DNA of 64,000 nucleotides from Antedon mediterranea (lineage: Eukaryota > Animalia > Echinodermata), in the NCBI RefSeq assembly GCF_964355755.1, contig NC_092675.1, positions 27,624,912 through 27,688,911 of the forward strand, in the 5' to 3' direction. The position numbers and the translations under genes are program-made. The notes under the pieces were generated by a model that searched no databases, was not told where the DNA came from, and saw nothing but the letters and a program-made list of their open reading frames with translations. Positions within the stretch are counted from its first letter, which is position 1. Every line of letters starts with the position of its first letter. Positions 48,462 to 62,163 of the stretch are shown here, in pieces.

Positions 48462-51341
48462 ATAGGACATAATAATAATGAACTGCGCTCGGCTCAGTCG
48501 CATTCAAGTGAGTCTAGTTAGAGGTGAGAGTAACGTCTGCAAAATTGTTGTCATACTTTTCCAGTTCATCGTCAATTTCATTGAAAATGTTCCGACAAGT
48601 GATCGTTCAGAAGTGATAAAGGTATGCCGACGCAACAGAGATGTATCTTCTCTAAAAATAGTTCGCTCATCGCTGACGATAAGGCTGTCATTTCCCGGAT
48701 TGATTTGCACGTTTGTCCCCAAAGGGCCCACGCAAGAGATAACTCGCTGGATAATCACCAATCCGCAACGACGTACGTTTCCAGTGCTTTACCAACTATA
48801 CGACACATATAACAATTGTTTTGAACAGATAATAAGTCGCATTTTGCATTTCATATGGTCACATCGTTACGTTCAAAAGCAGGTCACGAGATTGTTCTAA
48901 CTATACTCTGTTTCAAGAGGCTTTGATCGTAATCTAATTTATTACGTCTCTGATATTGTTATATCATTTAACATCATTGAGTTTTACCTGTACGATCTAA
49001 TAAATACTTATTTATTTATTGTGATGTTATTGTTATACCTCACAATAAACACCACTAAACTAAAAACTAATCTATAGAATACAGTATAGGCAACGTAAAC
49101 GTAATAGCCTTGATTATAAAAAGCGTACATCATAGAGGGCGACAATTGAAATACAATGGATATCACCTAATGTCCGTACATTAATTTTATACCTCCGTGA
49201 TCTGTGGGTGAAAATAAAGAACATCGCTATGAGTGCAATTTGGGATGGACCTGTTTATATTGTTCTTTCTATATTCTAATGTTTATTGTAAACGTTCCCA
49301 CCGCCTGTACATCAAAGTTCGCAGTTTTTCAGTCAAGTTACACACTCCTTCGCAAACTACAGAAGTGTCGTAGAACCAGTTGGTAGGTTATTAAATCCAC
49401 GTCCTAAAAGGGGTTCCCCTCCACTTGTATATTAACAACGAACTATGCGTCAAAACGTCCATTGCCCCGTCGTCGATTCCCAATTGTGTGTACGCTACGG
49501 TCTCGCCGCACGTCAACATAAGGAAACACTGTAGATGTAAAATGTAATCAGTGTTGTAGATTCTACAAAACTGAGAACGTTTTAAATATAGATTAGTGTA
49601 TAATTGATAAAAAGTTTCAGTACCGGAAACAATTTCGCGACCCTTACATTTTTTTTTCGTGTCCCATAGGGTGCGGAACAGCGATATAGATGTAGGGGTC
49701 CGGGACCGCGACATAACGAGAACGGATGGGGACCCTCCAAAGAAATTGCATTTTATTTGTCAGGCATTTGTATGATTTGTTTTTTATTTTTTTAAATGCG
49801 CCTTCAAGCTATAAAAATCCTGTTATTATATTATTATTATTATTATTATATCATCAGTTAATATTGTTCAGACAACATGACCATTGTTATTATAATCATA
49901 AATAATATGAAAAAAAAAAAGAAATACTATACAGAAACATTCAACTGACAAAGTTCAAGTTAAAAGACCAGTTGTTCAGATTAGAGAAAAAAATACGCAG
50001 TCGATTGGTTTTCAATTTTTTTCAGATATTCATTCGTTTTAATTAATTTAAACAGAAAATTAACTATTGTAAATGCTTAAGATGAGGGAAATAGCCACCT
50101 CGAATGACAAAAACAACGAAAATAGACCTCATACCATCAAAAAATTCAAAAAATATTGTATTGGTCCATTTAAAAAATGGTTTGGCATTTATATTCTGCT
50201 TGAAATCATCTTAACACAGGGGGCAGCATAACTCGAATAATTTAATACGTACCAACAAGTAGCCTCCAAAATTGAACACAGTGTTACTGGTTATGGTTGA
50301 CAATGACTAAATCAGTGGTATAAACACATTGTGGTTTTCAGAGGTCAAGCTTAATGTATACATTTTACTAACTTATGTGGCTTCTGGAAAAATATAAACC
50401 TCCGAATCCGCTTGTCATGGTAGGAACAATTAAATTAGTGTAACAGCGCCACCGTCAATTGGGTTACCAATGCAAGAAGAACAAACACACTACATATTAT
50501 ATTATTCCAAAACATCTTGTTTTTTACCTTTTTGGTAAACTTTTAAGATCTGATATTTTAAAATAACAAGTGTAAGTCAAACTAAATTATAGGCCCTAAT
50601 ATAAAATCAATTTAATGTTTGTCTTTATTTTAGTAATATATAGTATAGGCGAACACAACAACGCTGTCATGTTTGGCACATACGTATTTTTAAGTGCGCA
50701 TTATTGTATGGTAAATCCAATCTTTGTTCAGCCCACGAAACGTACTTTATTATTCTTAATGTTCTAATTTATTACGTTTATGGTCTGGGAAGTTGTGAAT
50801 ATAGACAGTCACTGTTATCGGGTAAGTCAATTTGAAAGATAAAATTAATACATCCCATCTTATTCGAAATAACTGCTTTTTAACAAGACTTATTTCCCCA
50901 GGGGTATTACATTACATAACACAGATTAATTTCAACAAATGGGAGTAGAGCATAATACAGAAAAACTATAAAAAATAACACGCAATGTAGTTGATGTGAC
51001 CCTCCTTTATTTAAATGATGTTGCACTATTATAGTTACACAGCATATTTTGGTTTTAAACTTTATCTTTTATTAAATCAGATTGAGAATAAAAATAGGCC
51101 TAATTTATTTCGGTTTGTGTCTTTAGGAGGACCCCGTGTCATCAAAACTACTTTAATAATAAGCATTATAGGCCATAGATCTGCTCGCTGCACTTTGTAA
51201 TTTCATAATCATAAGGCTACTATTACTATTAGTATAGAATCATGTCATGTTCTTGTTTGTGCAGAGAGCCATGGCTCTGGTTTTTTGGAATATATACCGC
51301 CCTCTATACTCATTGTTGATTGTCCTAGCCGGTACGGTGAC

Positions 51342-51608
51342 CAGCGTTCCGCAAACTTTTTTGACCGCGACCGTATGATCCTATTTTGGAAATTTTCGCG
51401 ACTCAACATTGCGCCAGTCTAGCGCCCCCTATCTGGGTTGACACATATATCATGGCCGCTGGTTGTTATGTTATTGTTGTGATATTTGGTTTTTGACGAA
51501 TAAAGATCTTATTCTACTTGAGTCTTACGTGTCCGGTCGTCTTTATTGTGGTGTGCCATTTAGTCTTAGAGATTTTTTGTCGTGCGACCAATAGGTTGCG
51601 GAACGGCG
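51342..51608. mobile_element. hAT/Charlie-like MITE
   Basis: CAGCGTTCCGCAAACT..GCGACC at the left, GCGACCAATAGGTTGCGGAACGGCG at the right; TSD eroded. Confidence 0.5.
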
Positions 51609-53608
51609 TATTAGACTAGACTAATAATTCATCGCCACTTGATCGTTTGATTTATAATTCCACAAACATTGTTGTATAGTTGCCTTATTTATTCATCTTC
51701 TATGGCGAGATTTTGAAATAAAACATGCTTCGAGAATGATGACACGTGCAAAAATTTCGTTTGTATTGGGACGAATAACCAGCCCTTGTCCAATTGTTTT
51801 CGATATTGTAGGCCTACGTGATATTGTATTAGCTGTTTTGAATACAAACTTAAACAATTGACGAACACCAACACTGACCACATTCTGGCCTGGCCAGGCC
51901 CGGCCCGTCCGGCCGTCGCAAATGGGTTTCTGGACATCTGAGGCTGAATTATGGCATAAATTAGGTCCTAAAGCACGGACATTGATCAGATACTTCATGA
52001 TGGTATCAACGCGTTTATGCAAGCCAGCTTTGTGCCTCGACTCAATGGTATAGTAAGGCAAAAGCATTGCAATGATTAAAATATATAGAAGATTTCGATT
52101 GTACTTATATTGTATGTGGATAAGTTTGAAAAACATTTTATTTCTCCATGGAAAATTAACTTTAAGGATCTGTTTTTGTGGACAAATTCCAAAAGAACGA
52201 TTTTCTCCGAAACCGGTTTTAGTTTGGTAATTTTTTTAAACAAAATATCACGTTGCGGCCAATGTTGACTCAAAATAAACCCGGTTTCTCATTTGGTGAT
52301 CGTGGGTTGTTGTGTAATTACTTAATTATTATCCAGAGTAGGCCTGAATAGTCATCAAGACCGGAATCAATAATTGGTAAATAGAACATTTGGCAAAATT
52401 TTGTTTCAGACAGACCTTTTTTTCTGTAGTTAGGTAGATTAACCAATGTTATAATATACTACAATATATCCGGTGACTCCCTAAAAAGTGGAAAAAAGTG
52501 CAAACAAGTTGGTGGGTATGCATTGGATAATTTTTGCAATAGCACGAAAATAAACCTCTAAAGTTGCACAAAAACACAAGAAACGTAAAATTCAAGTTAT
52601 CTGATCTATGTTTAGTCATTTTTACCACACTGTTTATTTTTCCTAATTTGAAATGCCTCCCTATCATATTACAACGTTTTTGTACAAGATTTTACTGTGT
52701 AATTCGAACTACCGCCCCCCCCCCCCCAAAAAAAAAGAAAATGCTTATTTTCAACAAAAATCCAATTATTTGCCTGGAACTTGACCTTTAAAACCGTAAT
52801 ATTGGACACCTTTCTTGCAAGTACATAGTAGTTAGTACGGTTATTTCGAAATACGTTTTTGAAAATAGGCCACATAAGTATTATAAATGGAAAACATATT
52901 GTTGTTGCTTATTCATTATTGATATAGACAGATGCCATGTAAATTAGTTGTATTTGGTATTCGAATGCAACTTATCGTTCAATACATTATTTTCAAATCA
53001 AAACTAATTATTTTTTACATGTACTATTTGCATAACATTGTAGGCAATCGTGAAGTGGGCATTTATATGTTGTCCAGAAAGGATACATAAAGTTCTGTTT
53101 GTAACTGAGCGTCTACTTAATAAGTATTGGCAAAATTGAGAACGTGCTTGTTGTTTGAATAAACGTGATAAAAACTTATAAATCCTACGTTTGTTAAGAG
53201 CGATCAAGGTTGAACATTAATAGTTGCATAAGTACTTTCTTTCAGCGTGTAATATCTAACTTTTTGTACTCACCAGGTCAACTTTAAACGTCACTGCTAA
53301 CAATGTACTAACCTACCGTATATCCTGTGTAAACTTTAGAATATGAATTTCATGATTTCAGAGACAGTGCGGCAACTGAATACTGTACTGAATATAGTCA
53401 ATACCTAAATAAACAAAACATTTATTGTTATATTGTATATATACATCACATCACATAATCTCAATTGACGAATACTAAGAAATAAGCAATGGGCATCGTT
53501 CAAGAAGAACAAACAGTGTTTATTCGCTGGCTATTTTTATAAGCACCATTTCTACTGCCAAAAATATATCGTATATAAATTATACGCTATTCAGAAAATA
53601 TATCGTTA

Positions 53609-53778
53609 AGCTTTGTCTACACTATCAAACTAGTTCGACAAAGAAAAAGTGTGATGTGCTCAAATATGGTAGTGATGATATGGTCAAATATGGTAGTGAT
53701 AAGACATCATCATGTCCATATATGAGGACATAAGATTTTTTGTACATAAAGTTTCAATTTCATAGTGTAGACAGAGCT
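53609..53778 (+). mobile_element. MITE family A, full copy
   Basis: TTA|AGCTTTGTCTACACTATCAAAC ... ATAGTGTAGACAGAGCT|TTA. Confidence 0.8.
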
Positions 53779-55451
53779 TTATAATTGGCAGAGACAGGAC
53801 TTTATAGGTCGGAATACCAATTACAGAAATATCGTAATTAACAATAAAGAAATATAATAGGAACTTAAGAAAGTCCAGTGAAATGTCGATGATTGATTGA
53901 TTGATTTAAATTCGCTAATAGCTAGATACAAATTATTGTGTAGGATGGTACTGCATTCCAAACGATTTTTATTTAAAAACCTTGAACCCAGTCCCAAAAG
54001 GCATTACATTTTCCTTCATTTTTTGTTTTGTTTTTGAGGAATGAAATAATCCTTCCGAGCAGTTGTCCCTTGAGAATGACGCTTGCCAATTTTAGCTGAT
54101 GGGGATTGAGGTACGCAGCGGGATTCGAACGTTAATCAACCACTTCAAAATGTAATGTAATGAAGAATATGATATATGATATTACAGTTTAAGTATCGAT
54201 CACTCACTCACTCACCCACTTTAAAAACTTGACTCTCTCTGAGTCAGGGTTTGGGGGGAGGGTGGGGGGGGGGGGGGCTGAGGCGGAGGGCGGCCTCCTT
54301 CACAATGCCCTGCAATGGTTTTGGACAGGCTGTTTAGGCTGCGTGTCCAAACAACGCTGCTTGATGGTGGAGTATCGGCTCCTAGGGGCCTAGTAGGTTA
54401 TTGACAGTATCAAGACTTAGGCCTATATCGGTGTCTAGGCCTACACAACGTACGTAGTGTGGTGGGTTTTAGTGAAACTGTACATTTTATGTAAAGATGA
54501 TTAGGCTCTGAGTTTGTTTTAACGCTGGAAAAATCGAAAGTATAACAATGTATAATATGCAACAAAATCAGATAGCACATGTAATATCGTTTAAAATAAA
54601 CAATGTGTTTCCAAAAAGAAAATTATGGTTGAGATAATATGTCTCAACATTTCGGTTTATGCTAACAACTGGTCATCATATGCTATGGATTACAAATATA
54701 TATATAGATATAAGCAACTTTTTTTATGCATATTTTTGTTTTAAACTGTCTTTTATATAAACGCGTCTATAAAATAAAACACATTTTAACAGTTAGCAAT
54801 TTGTGGGCATGTGTTAGTTTCACTATTACAACGTAGACGAAATGTTACTATAGATTAAGTTTTTTTCTAATCGAAAGCATACACATATAATCATTAACTA
54901 ATAACATACACAAATTTGTTTTGATGTTTTACCTAAGATTATCACGTCTTTAATAAAGTTTTGAGAGAACATCCGACGTAGAGGTCGGAAGCAGATTCAG
55001 TCAAGCTGGGCGATTCCATTTTTTTCTTAATTTTATTAAATGTTTTTGAATAAGTATAATTATACAGAACTACTTATAATTTTATAAATAGATAATAAGA
55101 TAATATCTGAGCTAGAAATGATTTCATAAGGAATCTTCCGGCTTGGTTGTCATTACAAAAAATCCAGTTTTTAAAAATAAACACCTCATCCTAAGAATGG
55201 ATCAATCCATACGTTTTGTGATTGGCGTATACATTTTTCCGCTAATATAATATTGTGTATGGGAGCTTCTTGTTATAATTCACTTCACAATTCACTGACA
55301 GTAGTAAATGCGTCATTGATCTATTCTCACGTTGATCTATTCTAACGTTCTTTTTTACGAATAGATCAATTTGTTTATTCAACAGGTGTACGAGGATTTT
55401 TTTCATTACATTACAAAGAATAGAGACTTCTGATCAAGAGAGTGTAGAAAA

Positions 55452-55620
55452 ATGGTACTGGGGATAGCCCTGCTAATATGTCTGTGCATTCTGTTCGCAG
55501 TTTGGATTTTTGTAAAGTTTGTGATTTGGATTCGAATGGTTATAATTGTCAACAGGATTCCAGGCCCACCTGGGTTACCACTTATTGGAAATGCGCATCA
55601 ATTCAAGACTGAGCCACATG
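55452..55620 (+). CDS. CYP4V-like: Cytochrome P450, CYP4V-like, coding exon 1 (MVLGIALLICLCILFAVWIFVKFVIWIRMVIIVNRIPGPPGLPLIGNAHQFKTEPH)
   Basis: Hydrophobic ER anchor plus proline-rich hinge IPGPPGLPLIGNAHQF typical of CYP4; phase-1 donor G|gtaagt at 55620; upstream acceptor tttattcaacag| at 55386 implies a further 5' exon. Confidence 0.9.
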
Positions 55621-56590
55621 GTAAGTAAATTATATAGGTCATTTAGAATAGAAGGGTTACTATTAGAAAAACAAGGTTTCTTCTTGTTTGAGTGCTTGGA
55701 TTTTTAATCCAGGTAGATCCGTTTCCCCTTAAATTTCTAGAAAAATAAGAGATGAAAATAAATGCCCTGGCCTTGACCTGAACTATGAACGGTATGAACA
55801 AATTTCAGACCCCCGTCCTTATTTTCCAGCCCTGTATCTCTGGGTTTACGTAGATCAAGAAATAGTGGGAATAATCATTCTTTTAGCTTCAGTAGATTTA
55901 ACAAAATTGAAAATCTACCTAAAAACAACTAATATTTTCAACTAAACTGTTTTTTCTTATGGTCTCTAAATTTTTGAAAGCAGAAGAAGGTTTTTTTTGC
56001 TCTCAGACAGCGGGAGGGGTTTCACTTCACCCAGTGCTCCCCACCCCACGACCTTATCCCCACCATGCTATTCGTTCGTTTTAAAGGAAAATGTCTTCTT
56101 AGTATAGGAGTGTCCCTGAATATGAGTGTCCCAAAGGAACACCCCTGTCAGCCATTATTTGACACGAAACGTGGTATCAACATTTCCGTCAAAATTCATG
56201 TTTTGTAAGGTTCTTGACAGTTAGCAGAACCTCAATCCATATGATAATGTCGCATGTTTGGTGATTTTGTCTTCTATATTTTACTTACTATAGGCCTACA
56301 GATCTTTCTGCTCTTTGGTACATATTCTATTTCCTCTACAAAAAATTAGTAGTTTCCTGCACATGACTATAATATACAGTGTTTGACATTCTTTTACATG
56401 ACTCAAGTTAAAAATTGTCTTTCTTAATGGACAGGTCGAGGTAGCAATGTGAACCCTAGTAATTGTCCGTATAGATTTATTTTAAATTGAAAATGTTTTA
56501 GTGAAATAGTGCCATAGGAAAATTGCACGACACACCATCATATGCCTATTATATGTATTTCACGACATACTTGTAACTGTCTTCACGTGA

Positions 56591-56740
56591 CTATCAAACT
56601 ATTTTGACAAAAACATGCTGTGATGTGCCCAAATATGGTAGTGATATGCCCAAATATGGTAGTGATATGACATCATCGTGTCCATATATGGGCACATCAC
56701 TTTGTTTTGTCATATAAAGTTTGATAGTGTAGACAGAGCT
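56591..56740 (+). mobile_element. MITE family A, 5'-clipped copy in the CYP intron
   Basis: CTATCAAACT..GCCCAAATATGGTAGTGATAT x2..GTTTGATAGTGTAGACAGAGCT|TAA. Confidence 0.75.
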
Positions 56741-59700
56741 TAACCTTAAAACCTTCCAAGACACAGGCACCACATACACATGAGATGTATTAAACAATTT
56801 GCTACTGCACTCAATTGTGGAGATACAGCACTGAGAATCGGTGGAAAATGTACGTACCAAGTCGGGAATTAAAATTCACATTCATTAGGCATGGGACGTT
56901 CTTTTTAATCAAACAATTGTCCTAGGCCTATAGAATATAGTTTACTGCCGTAATGATCGTCTTTATTTATTTTATTTTTTTTGAAGTTGTTCCCGTTTAA
57001 ACCCCGTACAAAATGTGTCATCGACAGGACCATGTAGAGAATAAAGGATATTTTCGATACGTGTTGTGTCACAGGGGTTTCATTTATGTAGGCCCAATAT
57101 GTTTCAGATTTCCTTTCTCGTTTTACCATCGTTTTACAATAATAAATTAAACAAGTTTGAAGGATACATAAAAAGCGAAAAAAAAAAGCACTTGAACAAG
57201 TGTGCCACCTAAAAAAACGATAAATACATTATTATATTTTCAAAGAATTGTATAACAGGATACCAATGTTTATTTTATTTATAAGATAAGTTTGTTTTTC
57301 CATTTCCATGTTTTATGTAATGTAATTCATCATACACAGTATGGCCTCGTTATACTTATGCAATTTTGTATTTCAACGATATAGGCCTAAGCCGTTTATG
57401 AATTGAGAGAGCATTCAGTAATCTATTTTAATATAGCATGACGTCATTGGTTACAGTGTTATTATGTTTATAAGACAGATTAAAATGAACTGTATTCATT
57501 GTTAATGTTCAGTTTTTATTAGTTCGCATTATGCAAAAGAGCTAAACTGCGTGGACCTAAGTACTATACATTTTTGTATTAAATTAAATATTTTAACGCG
57601 AGATGAGCAACGATGCCCGTCTCCTACCTTTGGCGAAACTACAATTCAAGCCAAGATTGTTTTTCCAAAAAAATGGACAAAAATCTTCATAAGCTAGGCT
57701 AGTTAAGCATATTTATCATCACCTTTGGTGCTGGAGGTGCTAGTTTGAAAAGATTGCCCTGGTTTATAATTAGATAAATACACATGCAGAGCCTTTAGCA
57801 TTTTGGCGATTGAAGAGAGATGTTTATCTCCTTCATAAAACAGTCTGTGGTGTGCAATAAAATATTGACTTTTTTCTCCATTTATTGGCCTCCTCAAGTC
57901 CAGTCCACACTACACTTTTGGATTAAATTAAAACACATGTTAAAATGTATAGAAGGTATATAAATACTGAATAAGTTCACGTTTATATAAGATTGTATTA
58001 TGAATCGAAAAGTAGTAGCTAAAAATGTGTAAAATCTATATGTATATTATGTATTTACACAAATGGTTTTTGTACGCTGTCAGAATATGGGTCAAATAAG
58101 CCTAAGGTAACCCGTATAACCCCATTTTAAATTGAATTGGAAACGAATATTCACCGGAAATAAATGGATAATAATATCATTGATTCCACCAGTTATGACA
58201 TAATTGCCGGATTGTGATCATTTTCTGTACCATAGCAACAGTTCAGGTCTACGCATCATTTCATGTTCTTTATACGCCGCCGCTCCGAATGGCATCATGC
58301 CTGAAATCTACCAAATATGGCTTTGTGTGGATTAAACTAGTTTTTCGTCCCTTCCTTTTACCCTTCTATGAAGAGAGTGAGAGATGAAATTCTACTCTCT
58401 GAGGACGATGCAAGTCAAGATTAATTAATTAAAATCAAAACATAATTTTATTTCCTGTAAATATGAAATTTAAGCGGATATAAAGGCAAATACCAGTTAT
58501 TAATTTAAGGAATTTATGAAATCATTTCATATTACCATGGGTTTATTGACAACATGGGGAAATATCTCAATACTGAATTATCAAATTAAATGTAAATGTC
58601 AAATATTAATTTTAAGAGTAATAAATTATGATTTTTTTTTCACGCCAATGAGACAATATGGCTAGGGGATACTCCCTTGCTTCAATTAATAACCGTTTGA
58701 TTGCGCCCATGAATACCATCTCATAGATTGGATCTATCACACAGAATCAGCCAAATGAGTCAAGTGGAAGAATACAAATAAGTGGGTGAATAGGCCTAGG
58801 AAGTTGGAGAAGTGGGATATTATTAAAGCTGGAACCCAAAAATGTCTAAATAGGGTTCGTGGCATAGGACATGTGCGAAACGTTTCCTAAAGTGATCAAT
58901 ATCATGTTGTGACATTTTAGCCCTTTGGGTGGGCCTGTGCACATCTACAGACGTACTGTGATTAAGATTATGTTAACCCTAAAAAACAGGAACACAACCA
59001 GTTATAGAGTTGACGTTGCATTTGTATTTATAGGCCTAAATACATAATATTATGAAAAACGTTAGTTTCACGTTCGGGATTTTAAATATTTGAAAGAAAA
59101 TTTAAAAGAAAAAGTCGATTGAAAATGTATCAATTGTGTTAAAGAATTTCTTAATAATGATAATCCTGCTAAAACAAGATCAATACGGTAGAGTACATCA
59201 CTGTACCTATCTAAATGTACTTTAATAAGTCACTGTGATTTTGCATAACTAAATCATTTAAACTATTACTATATTTACTGTATGTCTTTATTCGTTTCAG
59301 CAAAATAGGCCTATATGACGAAAGAAATGAGGTGTGGATTGGGGCCTGGGTGGGTGTAGTGATATTTCGCTATACCTTCTTGAGGGGAAATATAAATAAT
59401 GTATGCATTTCATGGTGTAGTTAGGAGGAAACCAATTTATGCAATACACTGTCGATAATTTATGTTGCATGACGTAGGCCGTAACTTTACGAAGACCACC
59501 AAAAACTGTTGTGGGCGTTTTCACATTTGTGGGTTCAACATGCTCTTTAAACGATTGCGTAAATGAACTACAATTGCACCGGTATTACCTACACCGGTCT
59601 TTACTGATACTGATCTCGGTCAGATTCAACAATTAACTTGCTCCGGACGGTCATTATGATTCACCAGGGCAAAAATAAATATGCTGACCGTCGTCGTTTG

Positions 59701-61814
59701 CACACACACACATATACTGTAGCATCTTCTTTTATTTTAATATTTCTACACATTATACACAAGAAGATACATACTCATGAGTAAAACTTACCGTACCCGA
59801 GTAAAAGATATTTAACCGGGTAATTTGCATCATATCACCAAAGTTATAAATTTGGTCATAAAACCAAGTTACCCGGTAAATTAACAAACTTGAACTACCT
59901 TTTACCCGAGTAAGTTACCCGAAGTTAGCGATAACTGTGTTATTAAAACCAACTTACCCATGTGTGACCGTTCAGGCTTTATTTACACGTGTATATAAGT
60001 TTGTTACTCCCACCAAAATTAGTGATAGTGTTTGTGCCAATGGTAGGCCTACAACCCGGATAAGATAACCAAGCCAAGTAACAACAGTAGTGAGAATGTC
60101 TATTCGTCAATTTGAAAAGATTGGCCGGTAATATTTTACAATAAACCTATTCAAAGAATGCAAATAAAAGTTACTGTTGACAGAAAGAGGCAAATACATT
60201 TAACTTGTCAATACGGAATGTTGATGGCTATTATATAAAACAAATTTAATAAGAGTTTGCATTCTGTAAGTGTATTATATTGCTGCTTAGAAACTCAATT
60301 ATATTGGTATTTGCTCGCAGCCTCCTTAAACCCATTGGTTTGCCACTGCCTTTCACTCATTTCATTGTGAAAATAAATTACCATTGCAGGTTTTCAAATG
60401 TCTTGATCTTTCCATTGCTGTTAAGATGATAACAATGGAGTCGGATAATCCATGCCTTCACTCAATGCATTGTTAAATATACCATGTAAAGCATAGCCCT
60501 ACCTTACACCCATAATTGCTCATAGTTGTCATGGTTGATATATTGTAGGCCTACAGGTTAATATTAAATTGAGGTGCAGCATATATCGGTAGGCCTATGT
60601 CCTCGAATAGAAAAGAAGACGTTAATATTTGTAATGTTTTGCTCGTGTATAGTACTATATTTAGACCTAAACATTTAGATCCACGTAGACAGTAGTAGTA
60701 GTATCTAAATAGAAATATTTAATTGCAATATAATGTATAGGATCTGGTGTTAAAATAATTATTTTATATTGTGATAGACGTCATAATATTTGCTTGTAAT
60801 TGGGTTTCATTCCTATTTGAGAATACAGTAATTTACGAGTCATCATCTATCACCTGGAGATTTTAAATCACCCTTTTAAATTCATTATCTTATCACACCA
60901 AGTAGGTTGATTTACGACGTTCGTAAACCCCCACCTAACCACCTGAAACCATTGAACATGAAAATATGCTGAGAATGCCTTACGCAATATGTTTTCAGGC
61001 CACAGCAAAATTACATTTCCAGAAGTAGGTTACAACCCATCCTACTGTATGTGCACCTGGTATGTGTACGTTGGCACAATTGGTAATTTCAACAAGAAAT
61101 TGGTTACCGTATTAGTTATAATACCGAAACGTCCCTTGGCCAAAACGTCTCTGAGCCGGAACATCCAAAATGTGATGCTCAAGAACGAAGCGACCACATC
61201 CTCTAGTATAAGAAATTAAATTTGTTCTTTCATTAATAAACATTCTTATACGTTAAATGAATCATTCTAGTATCTAAACATAGCAAACATGTACACTGAA
61301 ATTTCATATCGTCCTACAAGGGTAACTTGATGTATAGTTTAATTTAAGGCTACGCACGAAAATGTACTTTAAATGGGGACAAATAGACAAATTATATTAG
61401 GACATGTTATTATAAATAACCTTCGATGGTAGTTACTGTCTATAGTAAGTTTAGTGATCAGAAATATTGACGTTGTCCAGACATCATGATCCAAAGGGTA
61501 ATTTCTCTTTTTTAATTAGGTTAAAATGCTATAAAATTGTGCCTTCGTCATTGATTTGTAATTCGAAAACTTTAGTTGACCTATTATAATTACCATGATT
61601 ATTATTATTAAATATTTTTAGATTATTTAAAAGTTGAATAAACGGTTAAGTTAAAAAGGACATTGTACTCTGAGATCCAGTGTGACATCTGAAAGGATAT
61701 TTCGGTTGCGGTAGCGTGGATTTCGGGCCTAACCACATTTAGTTTTTCGTTTTACTTATAATTAAGTGTAATTTATAAAGGATTCTTTATAATCAAATTG
61801 AATGGTTTTAAAAT

Positions 61815-61945
61815 TGACGACGCAATAGTGCTGAAAAAATCGCAGGTTTGATTTCACGCAGGCGGGGGAAAACACAATTATTAGAAGGGCATTTTCTTAC
61901 GTTGCGTAGATTGCGTTACGTTGCGTCCTAGTGGGAAAACAAGCT
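61815..61945 (-). mobile_element. MITE family B2, reverse partial copy
   Basis: Reverse complement of the 45775 core, ending GTCCTAGTGGGAAAACAAGCT|TTA. Confidence 0.75.
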
Positions 61946-61948
61946 TTA

Positions 61949-62163
61949 GGCAAGATACTTTACTTACGTTTGCCTCTCTCCACCCAGGTGTATAAATGGG
62001 AACCCGGTTAGATTAAGACACAACTTTTCGCTGATTTTTAGCTGCAATATGGGAGTATGTTTCCATGTTTAATCCACAAAAAAATGACTGGGGTAATAAT
62101 GTTCACAGCTTAGAGGTTTCACAACATTAGACGCTATATAAATCCTGGATTATTATTATTATT
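61949..62163 (+). mobile_element. 5'-truncated SINE with CORE-like central segment and (TTA)n tail
   Basis: GGCAAGATACTTTAC..TGCCTCTCTCCACCCAGGTGTATAAATGGG conserved SINE body; 3' GCTTAGAG..GACGCTATATAAAT..(ATT)n end of L2-partner type. Confidence 0.6.

Noticed and set aside
48478-48900. 140-aa ORF
   Set aside because: No recognisable domain or splice structure; overlapping ORFs on both strands are consistent with chance in GC-richer DNA.
51693-52136. 147-aa ORF
   Set aside because: No recognisable motif and non-protein-like composition; probably repeat-derived or random.
54245-54292. G-quadruplex-forming G tract upstream of the CYP exon
   Set aside because: Poly-G/C tracts recur elsewhere in the window (29712, 48192, 52715), so there is no specific evidence of function.
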